DNA of 11,586 bases. Source: Paraspadella gotoi (lineage: Eukaryota > Animalia > Chaetognatha). Location of the stretch: contig CM119268.1 in the NCBI GenBank assembly GCA_051294375.1, positions 5,241,843-5,253,428 on the forward strand. Reading direction: 5' to 3'. This document shows, piece after piece, positions 1-8,877 of the stretch. The position numbers were made by a program, and so were the translations under genes. Each line of letters begins with the position of its first letter. Positions within the stretch are counted from its first letter, which is position 1. The notes beneath the pieces were generated by a model. That model was not told the origin of the DNA. It searched no databases and saw only the letters and a list, made by a program, of their open reading frames with translations.

Positions 1-127
1 GAGAGAGAGAGAGATCGGCGATGCCGTCTCCATCTATAGTGACGAAGGGATTACGCGGGACGGAGCTATGGTGAGACGGAGATTAAAATAAGAAACCCGC
101 GGGGGATTTTTTTTATTGGGGGGGCAG

Positions 128-158
<31 letters not shown>

Positions 159-194
159 TTGTTGTTTTTGTTGTTGTTGTTGTTGTTTTTGTTG
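128..194. repeat. (GTT)n trinucleotide microsatellite, imperfect
   Basis: Run of GTTGTTGTT with occasional TTT interruptions, read directly. Confidence 0.95.
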
Positions 195-454
195 CTTTTG
201 AAAAAAATTAGAAAATCTAACTCGAAAAGGAAAATTTGCTCGATCCTCATCCTCCTCTTCCCCTCCCTCTCCCGATGATCCGTCCCTTTTTAGTCCACTC
301 TCCGCGGTTCTCGAGCTCTACTAACCTCCTTCTTTCCTAATACTATTCCGGCCAGGGACTTTTCTTCAATAAACACTACCGTTGCGATATAAGTCTTCTT
401 CTTCAGTGGCGCCCAATTTTTCAGAAAATTTTATAATGGTAAGGAAAGTAGAAA

Positions 455-501
455 TTAATATAATTAATTGATTAATTAATTAATTAATTATTTAATAAAT
501 A
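455..501. repeat. (TAAT)n AT-rich simple repeat
   Basis: attaattgattaattaattaattaattatttaataaata tract. Confidence 0.8.
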
Positions 502-666
502 AAGTGAATAATTTGATCATCAAATTAGCGCAAGACACAAAGTTAAATCTTGATTCAACGATTTTATTAAAAATTTAAGGAGATGGAGGCGGTGAAATAA
601 ATAGAAAGACAGAGATGGAGTCGGACACAAAAGTTGTAACTCAATCATAAATTTGAGGTTTTATGG

Positions 667-729
667 TGCAATGTCTTCAATTGCTGCAATCTCTCAAATG
701 CTGCAATGTCTCAAATGCGACAATGTCTC
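667..729. repeat. 17-bp minisatellite, ~3.7 copies (consensus TGCAATGTCTCAAATGC)
   Basis: Units tgcaatgtcttcaattgc / tgcaatctctcaaatgc / tgcaatgtctcaaatgc / gacaatgtctc. Confidence 0.9.
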
Positions 730-776
730 TTTTATACGGTAATACAATTTTTTATTAATAAACCTCGTGAGAAAGA

Positions 777-1069
777 NNNNNNNNNNNNNNNNNNNNNNNN
801 NNNNNNNNNNNNNNNNNNNNNNNNNNNNNNNNNNNNNNNNNNNNNNNNNNNNNNNNNNNNNNNNNNNNNNNNNNNNNNNNNNNNNNNNNNNNNNNNNNNN
901 NNNNNNNNNNNNNNNNNNNNNNNNNNNNNNNNNNNNNNNNNNNNNNNNNNNNNNNNNNNNNNNNNNNNNNNNNNNNNNNNNNNNNNNNNNNNNNNNNNNN
1001 NNNNNNNNNNNNNNNNNNNNNNNNNNNNNNNNNNNNNNNNNNNNNNNNNNNNNNNNNNNNNNNNNNNNN
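777..1069. other. Assembly gap (293 N)
   Basis: N run. Confidence 1.
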
Positions 1070-1389
1070 TAAATGTATTTCTTTGTAAAAAAAAATGACG
1101 CGTCTTTTAGATATAAACTACCTGATTTTTTAATTGATTTATCTACGCTTACTGCTTAGTTTCCATACCAAATTTTCATAATAAACGCCAAAACTAAAAT
1201 CGATTCGCGTCAGTTTAAAGCATACAAACTAACATAGGTATAAATAGACAATGAAGATGAACTAATCTTAGAAACAAATGATCGATTTTTCCCCAACAGA
1301 AAATCCTCTTAGCGGCGCCACAAGATTTTCCGGACAAAAGACAAAAAAGAAGGGCAAAGCCAAAAAGCCGGACAAATCCCTCGGATTGA

Positions 1390-1570
1390 CTCTCTCTCTC
1401 TCTCTCTCTNNNNNNNNNNNNNNNNNNNNNNNNNNNNNNNNNNNNNNNNNNNNNNNNNNNNNNNNNNNNNNNNNNNNNNNNNNNNNNNNNNNNNNNNNNN
1501 NNNNNNNNNNNNNNNNNNNNNNNNNNNNNNNNNNNNNNNNNNNNNNNNNNNNNNNNNNNNNNAGAGAGAG
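1390..1570. other. Assembly gap (1410-1562, 153 N) flanked by (CT)n on the left and (AG)n on the right
   Basis: N run bounded by dinucleotide microsatellites. Confidence 0.97.
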
Positions 1571-1676
1571 GATGACGAAGAGGAAATCCTTCGGCCCTCC
1601 ACTTCCCTTCCCTTCTTAAATTTCCCTCCCATTTAAAAATCCTTCCCTCGGGCGAATATCACATGGAAGTCCTTAC

Positions 1677-1793
1677 TTGGTAAGAATTTGAGTAGCAGCG
1701 GGGTAAGGGGCGTTGGGGGTTGCAGCGGCAGCGGCGGCTGCGGCGGCGAAAACGACGAGCGCGGCAAGTGTCGTAGCGTAAGGATGCAGGTAG
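1677..1793 (-). CDS. Candidate 117-nt coding exon of an unidentified gene; peptide YLHPYATTLAALVVFAAAAAAAAATPNAPYPAATQILT (poly-Ala, Pro/Tyr low-complexity)
   Basis: Minus strand shows acceptor cccttttAG (AG at 1795-1794), 117 nt open (phase 2/2) and donor aa|GTAAGG (GT at 1676-1675). The Ala run uses mixed codons gcc gcc gca gcc gcc gct gcc gct gca. In-frame stops lie just outside both boundaries (TGA upstream, TAA overlapping the donor). It is a GC-rich island in AT-rich DNA. No family recognised. Confidence 0.5.
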
Positions 1794-1866
1794 CTAAAAG
1801 GGCTTCAAGGCCTTCAGGCCTCCAGGCTCCAGGCAATGGACTTAGGTGCTGTGGTGGTGGGTTCAA

Positions 1867-2006
1867 NNNNNNNNNNNNNNNNNNNNNNNNNNNNNNNNNN
1901 NNNNNNNNNNNNNNNNNNNNNNNNNNNNNNNNNNNNNNNNNNNNNNNNNNNNNNNNNNNNNNNNNNNNNNNNNNNNNNNNNNNNNNNNNNNNNNNNNNNN
2001 NNNNNN
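1867..2006. other. Assembly gap (140 N)
   Basis: N run. Confidence 1.
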
Positions 2007-2083
2007 GGTCAACCGGGCATTGCAAGGTAATACAATATGTAATATGAAACATGTTATCAAATTTTATCAATGGTGCATTCGAG

Positions 2084-2327
2084 TGGCGTCAAATAATTTG
2101 GCATCAAATATAGGCCTCAAGTCAGGGGGCCCTATGTCAGGGTAAAACAAATAAGGGGCTTCAAGTCAGGATGCCTTAAGCCAGGGGGCTTCATTTAAGG
2201 GTGCCTTAAAGTAAAGTGTAATTATTAAGGGGCTTCATTTAAGGGTGCTTCACTGCCTCAAATTAAGGTTCTTCAAGTCTGGGTGGCTTAAAGTAAAGTG
2301 TAATTATTAAGGGGCTTCATTTCAGGG
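2084..2327. repeat. Degenerate ~15-bp minisatellite (consensus ~GCYTCAAGTCAGGGG) with a higher-order 36-bp exact duplication
   Basis: Units such as gcctcaagtcagggg, gccctatgtcagggt, gcttcaagtcaggat, gccttaagccagggg, gcttcatttaagggt. CTTAAAGTAAAGTGTAATTATTAAGGGGCTTCATTT is identical at 2205-2240 and 2287-2322. Confidence 0.8.
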
Positions 2328-2705
2328 TTCGCCAAGTTAGGAGCAACTCAATAAGTCATTTTTCGGTCGGTCGCTCTGTCGGTCGGTTGGTATGTCTGTC
2401 TATGTGTCTGTCGTTCTGTCCCAATTACGTTAAAAATGCTCGTAACTCGGGTAATACTTCATCAATTTAGTTCATATTTAGTAAAAATCATAGTCACGCG
2501 ATCACCTTAAAAAGGGATCACGTGACCCAAGATTTGATGCGGCTTAAATTCGGTATCTCTTCAGTTATTTTCTCAGACTCGAATCTAAGTGCTGACTGAC
2601 TTTTTGTTTTTAGAGAAATTTTACAAAGAATAAAAGACGAAATTTCGACGCCGTGCGTGTCGAACATACATGGCGCAACTCAGGATTAGAATAAACGTTC
2701 TTGTT
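2326..2705 (+). mobile_element. DINE-1/HINE-like non-autonomous Helentron-type element, copy 1 (~380 bp)
   Basis: 5' subterminal IR GGTTCGCCAAGT (2326-2337), short internal IR GAGCAACT (2341-2348), (GGTC/TGTC)n microsatellite (2364-2420), 3' subterminal IR ACATGGCGCAACT (2668-2680) and terminus CGTTCTTGTT (2696-2705). A homologous copy lies on the - strand at 7082-7643. The class is assigned from architecture only. Confidence 0.7.
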
Positions 2706-2708
2706 CTT

Positions 2709-2760
2709 TCTCATTACATCCTCACGTCCTCATCCTCATTACATCCTCAGTTCCTCACGT
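2709..2760. repeat. Short degenerate tandem repeat (CTCATTACATCCTCA twice, TCCTCA subunits)
   Basis: ctcattacatcctcacgtcctcatcctcattacatcctcagttcctcacgt. Confidence 0.75.
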
Positions 2761-2827
2761 TATGTTCTCGTCTGTTCTTCACTTGATGATCGACTGAGCG
2801 AGGGAGACGAAGATTAATGATGGTGAC

Positions 2828-3051
2828 TCTCTCTCTCTCTCTCTCTCTCTCTTTGAGAGAGGAGGACCGAGAGAGAAGAGAGAGACGAGAGAGAAGAGGA
2901 AATGAGAGAAGAGAAGAGAGACGAGGAGAGAGAGAGAGGAGAGAGAGGAGAGAGAGAACGCGAGTCGCAGCCAATTAAATCACGACGTGAGGAAATGAGA
3001 GAGAGGAAGATCGTAAAAGACGCAGAAAGTCAGAGAGAGAGAGAGAGAGAG
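2828..3051. repeat. (CT)n followed by an imperfect (GA)n purine tract ending at a gap
   Basis: CT repeat 2828-2852, degenerate GA tract 2855-3051, then a 47-N gap at 3052-3098. Confidence 0.9.
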
Positions 3052-3493
3052 NNNNNNNNNNNNNNNNNNNNNNNNNNNNNNNNNNNNNNNNNNNNNNNGG
3101 GGGGAAGAGGGCAGAAGTGACTTCACAGTGAATCTTGGTGAGTTTGGCGACGTCGACTCTCATTCGCGTGACGTTGAGGTCATCGTAGGTCACGTGACTG
3201 TAAACGATGTGTCATTTCTTTGGCGACGAAGCGTCACCTTTCGGTTCAGTCTTGCTTGGGTGCAGGGCATAGGCCGCTTGATTCAGCTAATGTCAGCTCA
3301 GGTCGAGTAGGACCGACTTGGTCGCTAATGTACCAAGCGTCGTACTTTTTGGATTCGTTCGTAAAGATATGTATTTGTTATAACCATAAATATTATCCTT
3401 TCACTTTTGGCTGAATGAAAAACTGCAAAACTTGGAACTCATTGGTATCTCGCAAAGCTTTGCTATAAAATTGATACAACCAATATAAAGTTG

Positions 3494-3646
3494 TTATTTA
3501 TTTATTTATTTAATTAAGCTATCTTGCCCCTGGACACTCTGTGGGACAGGCTGCGTGGGTTAATGCCATCGTCCCTCTTACTGGATAATAACTTAGCAGG
3601 ACCCCGGTTTACAACTGCACAAGAAAGTGTTTCTTTTCTAAAGACT
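3494..3646 (-). mobile_element. Possible SINE 3' remnant with (TAAA)n tail
   Basis: (TTTA)n at 3494-3511 is followed by a GC-richer block. acttagcaggaccccggtttacaactg and aaagtgtttcttttctaaagac loosely resemble reverse-complemented central domains of invertebrate tRNA-derived SINEs (from memory). No tRNA-like head with A/B boxes is visible. Confidence 0.25.
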
Positions 3647-3830
3647 TCATGACTCATTGAGTTTTTTTTTTTTGCTTTGATTTGTCGTTGACAATTTTAC
3701 TTAAAATTTTGAAATGAAATTAATTATTTTTTCTCGAATCGATTTTCATGTTTTTTTTTTCTTTGGCAGCGAATTTGGTCAATTTGCGTCTTAGACGAAA
3801 GTCGCTTTTGGATATTGTCCAAATGGGAAC

Positions 3831-3941
<111 letters not shown>

Positions 3942-4304
3942 TCACAGTCATCAGGGATATTCCAATTTGACGGAAGCAAACTTTTTTGGAGTTCCTTTAA
4001 TTAAAGGTTTTTTTTACATAATAATTAACACTGTTTATTAATTGAATAAATAATTTTTAATTTGGTTGTACCGATTTCATAAAATATTAAAATAATTGTT
4101 TTTATTTAAAGATAATAAATAGATTAGTTCCTGCTTGATTATTTTTTTCGTCCATTGTTTATCTAATCTTCTTAGTTAAAACAGAAGCATTAAAAAAAAA
4201 AATAATCAAAAATCATCGACTAAAAGAATTTCAAATATTTTTTTCGGTTTTCATCCCCAAAAAATCCGTTTTTACGCATCTAATCGGTTTTTGAGGCGAC
4301 TTTG

Positions 4305-4356
4305 AGCGGGTTTTTAGCCGGTTTTTAGCCGGTTTTTGAGCCGGTTTTTAGCGGGT
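4305..4356. repeat. 11-bp minisatellite (AGCCGGTTTTT), ~4.5 copies
   Basis: agcgggttttt agccggttttt agccggtttttg agccggttttt agcgggt, with degenerate units upstream from ~4263. Confidence 0.9.
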
Positions 4357-4420
4357 GTAAGTCTGGGAAAAGTACGCGTAATCTGGGATGACGATTTGAG
4401 ACGAAGCTTGAATAGAAAAT

Positions 4421-4568
4421 GGGAGGAGGGAGAGAGAGAGGAAAGAGAGGGAGAGAGAAAGAGAGGGAGAGAGAGAGTGAGAGAGAGAGAGGAGAGAGAG
4501 AGTAGAGAGAAGAGAGAGAGAGAGAGAGAGAGATGAGAGAGAAGAGAAGAGAAGATGGAGAGAGAGAT
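4421..4568. repeat. Imperfect (GA)n purine tract
   Basis: Nearly pure A/G sequence. Confidence 0.92.
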
Positions 4569-4642
4569 GAAATTGAGGAGTACTAGAACTTATTTATTTT
4601 GAAAGATAATAGGCCGGTTAATAGGCATTTATAGGTATGTAC

Positions 4643-5276
4643 CTTTAGCATCGTTCTTCATCTTCGTCGTCGTCGTTGTCGTCGACACTCGCGCCGATGT
4701 TGATCACCCGTATCGATTAATTCTTTGGTCGTCACCGAAATAGCGGGATCGATTTAAAAAAAGGGGCGACGAGAGACGACGACGAACGACACACGACCCC
4801 GACGACGACGAACGACGACGACGACGAAAAAGAGCGTATATAAAACGACGAACCAGACCGAACGGACGATGACGACGAACGACGAGACGACGTTGACGAC
4901 GACCAGAACGACGGACGAAACCGGACGAACCGACGTAGGACGGAACGAACGACGGTCGACGACACGAACGACGAAGCGAGCGTGAGATAGCGTTGAGCGT
5001 CGTGCCGCCGATTAAAGAGCGAAAAAGGAAAAAAAAAAAAAAGAAAGGAAAATTTTTTGATAGAACGGTCGAATTTGGGAATCAAGTGGCATATTTTTTT
5101 TTTTTTCTTTTATAGAAAAGCCCAATATTATTTCGATCNNNNNNNNNNNNNNNNNNNNNNNNNCTTTAGCATCGTCTTCATCATCGTCGTCGTCGTTGTC
5201 GTCGACCTCCGCCGATGTGACAACCGTATCGATATCCTTTGGTCGTCACCCAAATAGCGGGATCGATTTAAAAGGG

Positions 5277-5309
<33 letters not shown>

Positions 5310-5517
5310 CGGACGCACGACGCACGCACGAACGCCACGAACGACGACGAACGACGACGACGACGACACGACCGAAACGACGAATAGCGTTGCACGTCGC
5401 GGCCGCGCGATAAAAGCGAATGGAAAAAAAAAAGGAAAAATTTTGATTAAGAAAACGTCGAATTTGGGATCAAGTGCAGTATTTTTTTTTTCTTTTATAG
5501 AAAACAATATTCGACTC
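4643..5517 (+). repeat. Direct duplication (4643-5138 and 5164-5517) across a 25-N gap, each copy containing a noisy (GAC)n array; probable gap-fill artefact
   Basis: Both copies begin CTTTAGCATCGT and share CTTTGGTCGTCACC, AAATAGCGGGATCGATTTAAA, GTCGAATTTGGGA and TTCTTTTATAGAAAA in the same order. Differences are mostly small indels. Confidence 0.9.
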
Positions 5518-5920
5518 TTATTTGACAGATCATCGTTCAGGGTAAGAAGATGAAGTGGATCAGGCGCCTCGCATTGTGGCCCGCGGGCAGCAAGGCCCTC
5601 AAGGAAGATATGGGGTCTTAATGTCAAAACCGATGCATGGAAACCGATCCTTAATTCCCTGGGAAGAAATGAGACTAGACTTGAAAAGACGAGGGGGGGG
5701 GTGGAGGGATTTCATACCCTGTTGTATTGTCTGACTCTCACCTGTTTCTCTCTCTCTCTCTATCTCTCTCTCTTTTCCTTAGCTCTCTTCTTCTATCTCA
5801 CTTCATTTTCTACCCTGAACGATGATCCTGTCAAATAAGATCGAAATATTGGTTTTCTATAAAAGAAAAAAAAATACTGCACTTGATCCCAGAATTCGAC
5901 GTTTTCTTTAATCATAAATT
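5439..5920. repeat. ~120-bp inverted repeat (arms 5439-5560 and 5795-5920)
   Basis: 5795-5920 is the reverse complement of 5439-5560, e.g. TACCCTGAACGATGATC and AATACTGCACTTGATCCCA, with scattered 1-nt indels. Confidence 0.9.
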
Positions 5921-6099
5921 AAACAGCTGCATGTGTGAATGTACTCTACAAATCTTTAATGAGCGAAAATTTTTTTTTGTAAAACGAAAAAAAGTTGCAT
6001 TGATTCTCATCACGTCGCCTCGATTTTTGGGCCTTTTTTTCCCAGAACCACCCATTTTATTTTGAATTCGGAATTAGATTAATTTTTATTAGTTAAAGA

Positions 6100-6183
6100 T
6101 TAGGTCAGAGGTAAGGGTTAGGGATAAGGTTAGGGATTAAGGTTAGGGATTTAGGTTAGGGATTAGGGTTAGAGGTTAGGGTT
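6100..6183 (+). repeat. Degenerate interstitial telomere-like tract (TTAGGG/TTAGG variants)
   Basis: gtaagggttagggataaggttagggattaaggttagggatttaggttagggattagggttagaggttagggtt. Confidence 0.75.
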
Positions 6184-6359
6184 TGAAAGTAAGCATAAAA
6201 GTTTAGGGTGCAGAAAATTGTTTATGATTTTCTATGCTTTGGGTCGCACGTTTGAGGGGTCGCCCGTACAAAATGTAGGGTTCAGAAATAGGTTAGGTTA
6301 ATTCATTACGGCTAGGGAATAAGATTAATGATTGTTTTATAAGTTTAAAAATATAATAG

Positions 6360-6851
6360 ATAATTTTTATATTGGTTGTACCAATTTCATAAATATTATG
6401 ATCAAAATTAAATTCTGGGAAAACTAAAAGGGGGCACTTTCTAAAAAAAGTGCCGATTTTGGGGTTATTTTTGGGTTATAGATTTCAGTTTGAGAATTTT
6501 TGAACCTTTTTTTTCTGTTGGGGTGTTGAATAGGGGGGAAGAGGTGGGTGGGTGGAAGCGTTGGGGGTGGCGATTGGTAGTGGTTTAAGAAAATACAGAG
6601 AGGGACAAAGAATGGAAGGAGCGCTCTTTTTTTTGGGGGGGCACAGATATGACGAAGGCTGTCGAGATAAAAATGAACAAATTAATATAAATCGAAATGA
6701 GAAAAGAGAATGAGAATTGGCTTATTGGTCAATTTGTTATTTATTTTAAATGTGTAAAATTAACATTGATATAATTTAAATAAAAATCATAACGATTTTT
6801 AATTTTTAATTTTATATTTATATGAAATTGGTACAACCAATATAACAATTA
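6360..6851. repeat. Inverted pair of a dispersed AT-rich motif TATATTGGTTGTACCAATTTCATA
   Basis: Motif at 6368-6391 (+) and 6821-6844 (-). Further copies at 4062-4081 (+, one mismatch) and 3469-3486 (-, partial). Confidence 0.75.
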
Positions 6852-6965
6852 TTCATTCATTTAATAAATAAGATAATAAATATTTATATATTTGAATATA
6901 CATGGAGGGAAAAATAGATATAAACAAACAGACCTAAATTTTGAGTCACGTCTCCACCCGTGACT

Positions 6966-7084
6966 TAAAAAAGAGGGAGAAAGTAGAGAATAAAGGGCTA
7001 AGTAAAAGGAGGGGAATAAAAAAAATAAAAAGAAAAGGAAAAAAAAAGAAAGAAAAAAGGAAAAAACAGAGAAAAAGGAAAAAC
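6966..7084. repeat. A/G-rich low-complexity tract
   Basis: Poly-A runs punctuated by G; it is the insertion context of HINE-like copy 2. Confidence 0.85.
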
Positions 7085-7643
7085 AAGAACGGTAATTCCA
7101 ATGTGTTGCGCCGCAGTAACTTTATATTCATGTGTATTTCCCTTTGATCACATGATATGATATAACATGACTTGATATGATTAAAAAACTTGTTTGCCCG
7201 TATATTTATGACAAGAACTGCATCAAAATTCCATCATTTATTCCTTATAGTTTTAGAATTNNNNNNNNNNNNNNNNNNNNNNNNNNNNNNNNNNNNNNNN
7301 NNNNNNNNNNNNNNNNNNNNNNNNNNNNNNNNNNNNNNNNNNNNNNNNNNNNNNNNNNNNNNNNNNNNNNNNNNNNNNNNNNNNNNNNNNNNNNNNNNNN
7401 NNNNNNNNNNNNNNNNNNNNNNNNNNNNNNNNNNNNNNNNNNNNNNNNNNNNNNNNNNNNNNNNNNNNNNNNNNNNNNNNNNNNNNNNNNTTCTGTCTTA
7501 ACAAATGAGCAACCAACTATAGGCAAATTACATGCGTTTTTAACGTAAATGTGAGAGACCGATGGACAAACATACCGACGGACCGACAGACCAAAAAGTG
7601 ACTTAAAGAGTTGCTCGGCTAGTACTCGCGGCGAAACTAAAAA
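7082..7643 (-). mobile_element. DINE-1/HINE-like non-autonomous Helentron-type element, copy 2 (contains a 230-N gap at 7261-7490)
   Basis: The minus strand reads TTTTTAGTTTCGCCGCGAGTAC (5' subTIR), GAGCAACTCTTTAAGTCACTTTTTGGTCTGTCGGTCCGTCGGTATGT, TTACGTTAAAAACGCATGTAA (matching copy 1) and ends GTTACTGCGGCGCAAC (3' subTIR) ... CGTTCTTGTT, identical to the copy 1 terminus. Flanks are T-rich on the element strand and no TSD is evident. Confidence 0.72.
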
Positions 7644-7906
7644 GGGAGAAATGTTTAGGATCGAAGGAGGAAAGAGAAGAAAGGGAAAAACTCCGCCCAG
7701 GCTTTTTGCCGAAGGCCACGCCCACTAAAAGAGGGAGGGAGAGGAATGGGTTTAAACGGGGTTTGGGGTATGGGAAGTATTGTTGGGGTAAGGGATAAGT
7801 AGGGGATAAAGTGGGATTGGGGTTAGAAGAGTGAGGAAGGAGTTGTAAGAGGAAGACGATCAACGATGCTTAAAGAGTCAAGATTTATTATACTTTTAAT
7901 CTCTCT

Positions 7907-8658
7907 NNNNNNNNNNNNNNNNNNNNNNNNNNNNNNNNNNNNNNNNNNNNNNNNNNNNNNNNNNNNNNNNNNNNNNNNNNNNNNNNNNNNNNNNNNNNNN
8001 NNNNNNNNNNNNNNNNNNNNNNNNNNNNNNNNNNNNNNNNNNNNNNNNNNNNNNNNNNNNNNNNNNNNNNNNNNNNNNNNNNNNNNNNNNNNNNNNNNNN
8101 NNNNNNNNNNNNNNNNNNNNNNNNNNNNNNNNNNNNNNNNNNNNNNNNNNNNNNNNNNNNNNNNNNNNNNNNNNNNNNNNNNNNNNNNNNNNNNNNNNNN
8201 NNNNNNNNNNNNNNNNNNNNNNNNNNNNNNNNNNNNNNNNNNNNNNNNNNNNNNNNNNNNNNNNNNNNNNNNNNNNNNNNNNNNNNNNNNNNNNNNNNNN
8301 NNNNNNNNNNNNNNNNNNNNNNNNNNNNNNNNNNNNNNNNNNNNNNNNNNNNNNNNNNNNNNNNNNNNNNNNNNNNNNNNNNNNNNNNNNNNNNNNNNNN
8401 NNNNNNNNNNNNNNNNNNNNNNNNNNNNNNNNNNNNNNNNNNNNNNNNNNNNNNNNNNNNNNNNNNNNNNNNNNNNNNNNNNNNNNNNNNNNNNNNNNNN
8501 NNNNNNNNNNNNNNNNNNNNNNNNNNNNNNNNNNNNNNNNNNNNNNNNNNNNNNNNNNNNNNNNNNNNNNNNNNNNNNNNNNNNNNNNNNNNNNNNNNNN
8601 NNNNNNNNNNNNNNNNNNNNNNNNNNNNNNNNNNNNNNNNNNNNNNNNNNNNNNNNNN
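7907..8658. other. Assembly gap (752 N)
   Basis: N run. Confidence 1.
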
Positions 8659-8823
8659 CAATGTTAATGTTAATGTTTATAATTTTATATAACTAATCAT
8701 TCATTATGAGTTACAATAGCAAAGGCTTTGACAGCGTGAACGTTTTTAGCAAAGTCGGTATTTGCGAATCGGAAGTTCGTTTTAGCGAGGAAGCGAAAAT
8801 GACGAGTTGGAAACCGGGAGACA

Positions 8824-8877
8824 ACGACGACGACGACGACGACGACGACGACNNNNNNNNNNNNNNNNNNNNNNNNN
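8824..8877. repeat. (GAC)n microsatellite running into a 25-N gap (8853-8877)
   Basis: acgacgacg tract followed by exactly 25 N. Confidence 0.95.

Noticed and set aside
21-83. Imperfect hairpin CCGTCTC...GAGACGG near the window start
   Set aside because: The stem is only about 7 bp with weak extension and no recognisable RNA family.
417-444. Plus-strand TTTTTCAG-14 nt-GTAAGG micro-exon-like arrangement
   Set aside because: Too short to distinguish from chance in AT-rich DNA; no supporting neighbouring exons.
1688-1866. Plus-strand Gly/Cys/Ser-rich ORF 1688-2047 and minus-strand Pro-rich ORF 1633-2070
   Set aside because: These are shadow frames of the GC-rich block; the minus-strand Ala frame has splice signals and third-position variation that they lack.
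4760-5385. Interrupted GAC arrays as a CRISPR-like or encoded repeat-spacer system
   Set aside because: No constant repeat with unique spacers and no cas genes; the interruptions differ between the two copies and look like read errors.
5762-5779. ATCTCTCTCTCTTTTCCT resembling the start of the PacBio SMRTbell adapter
   Set aside because: The match is low-complexity, embedded in a CT microsatellite, and lacks the rest of the adapter (CCTCCTCCGTTGTTGTTGTTGAGAGAGAT). The vaguer resemblance at 10126-10166 is equally unconfirmable.
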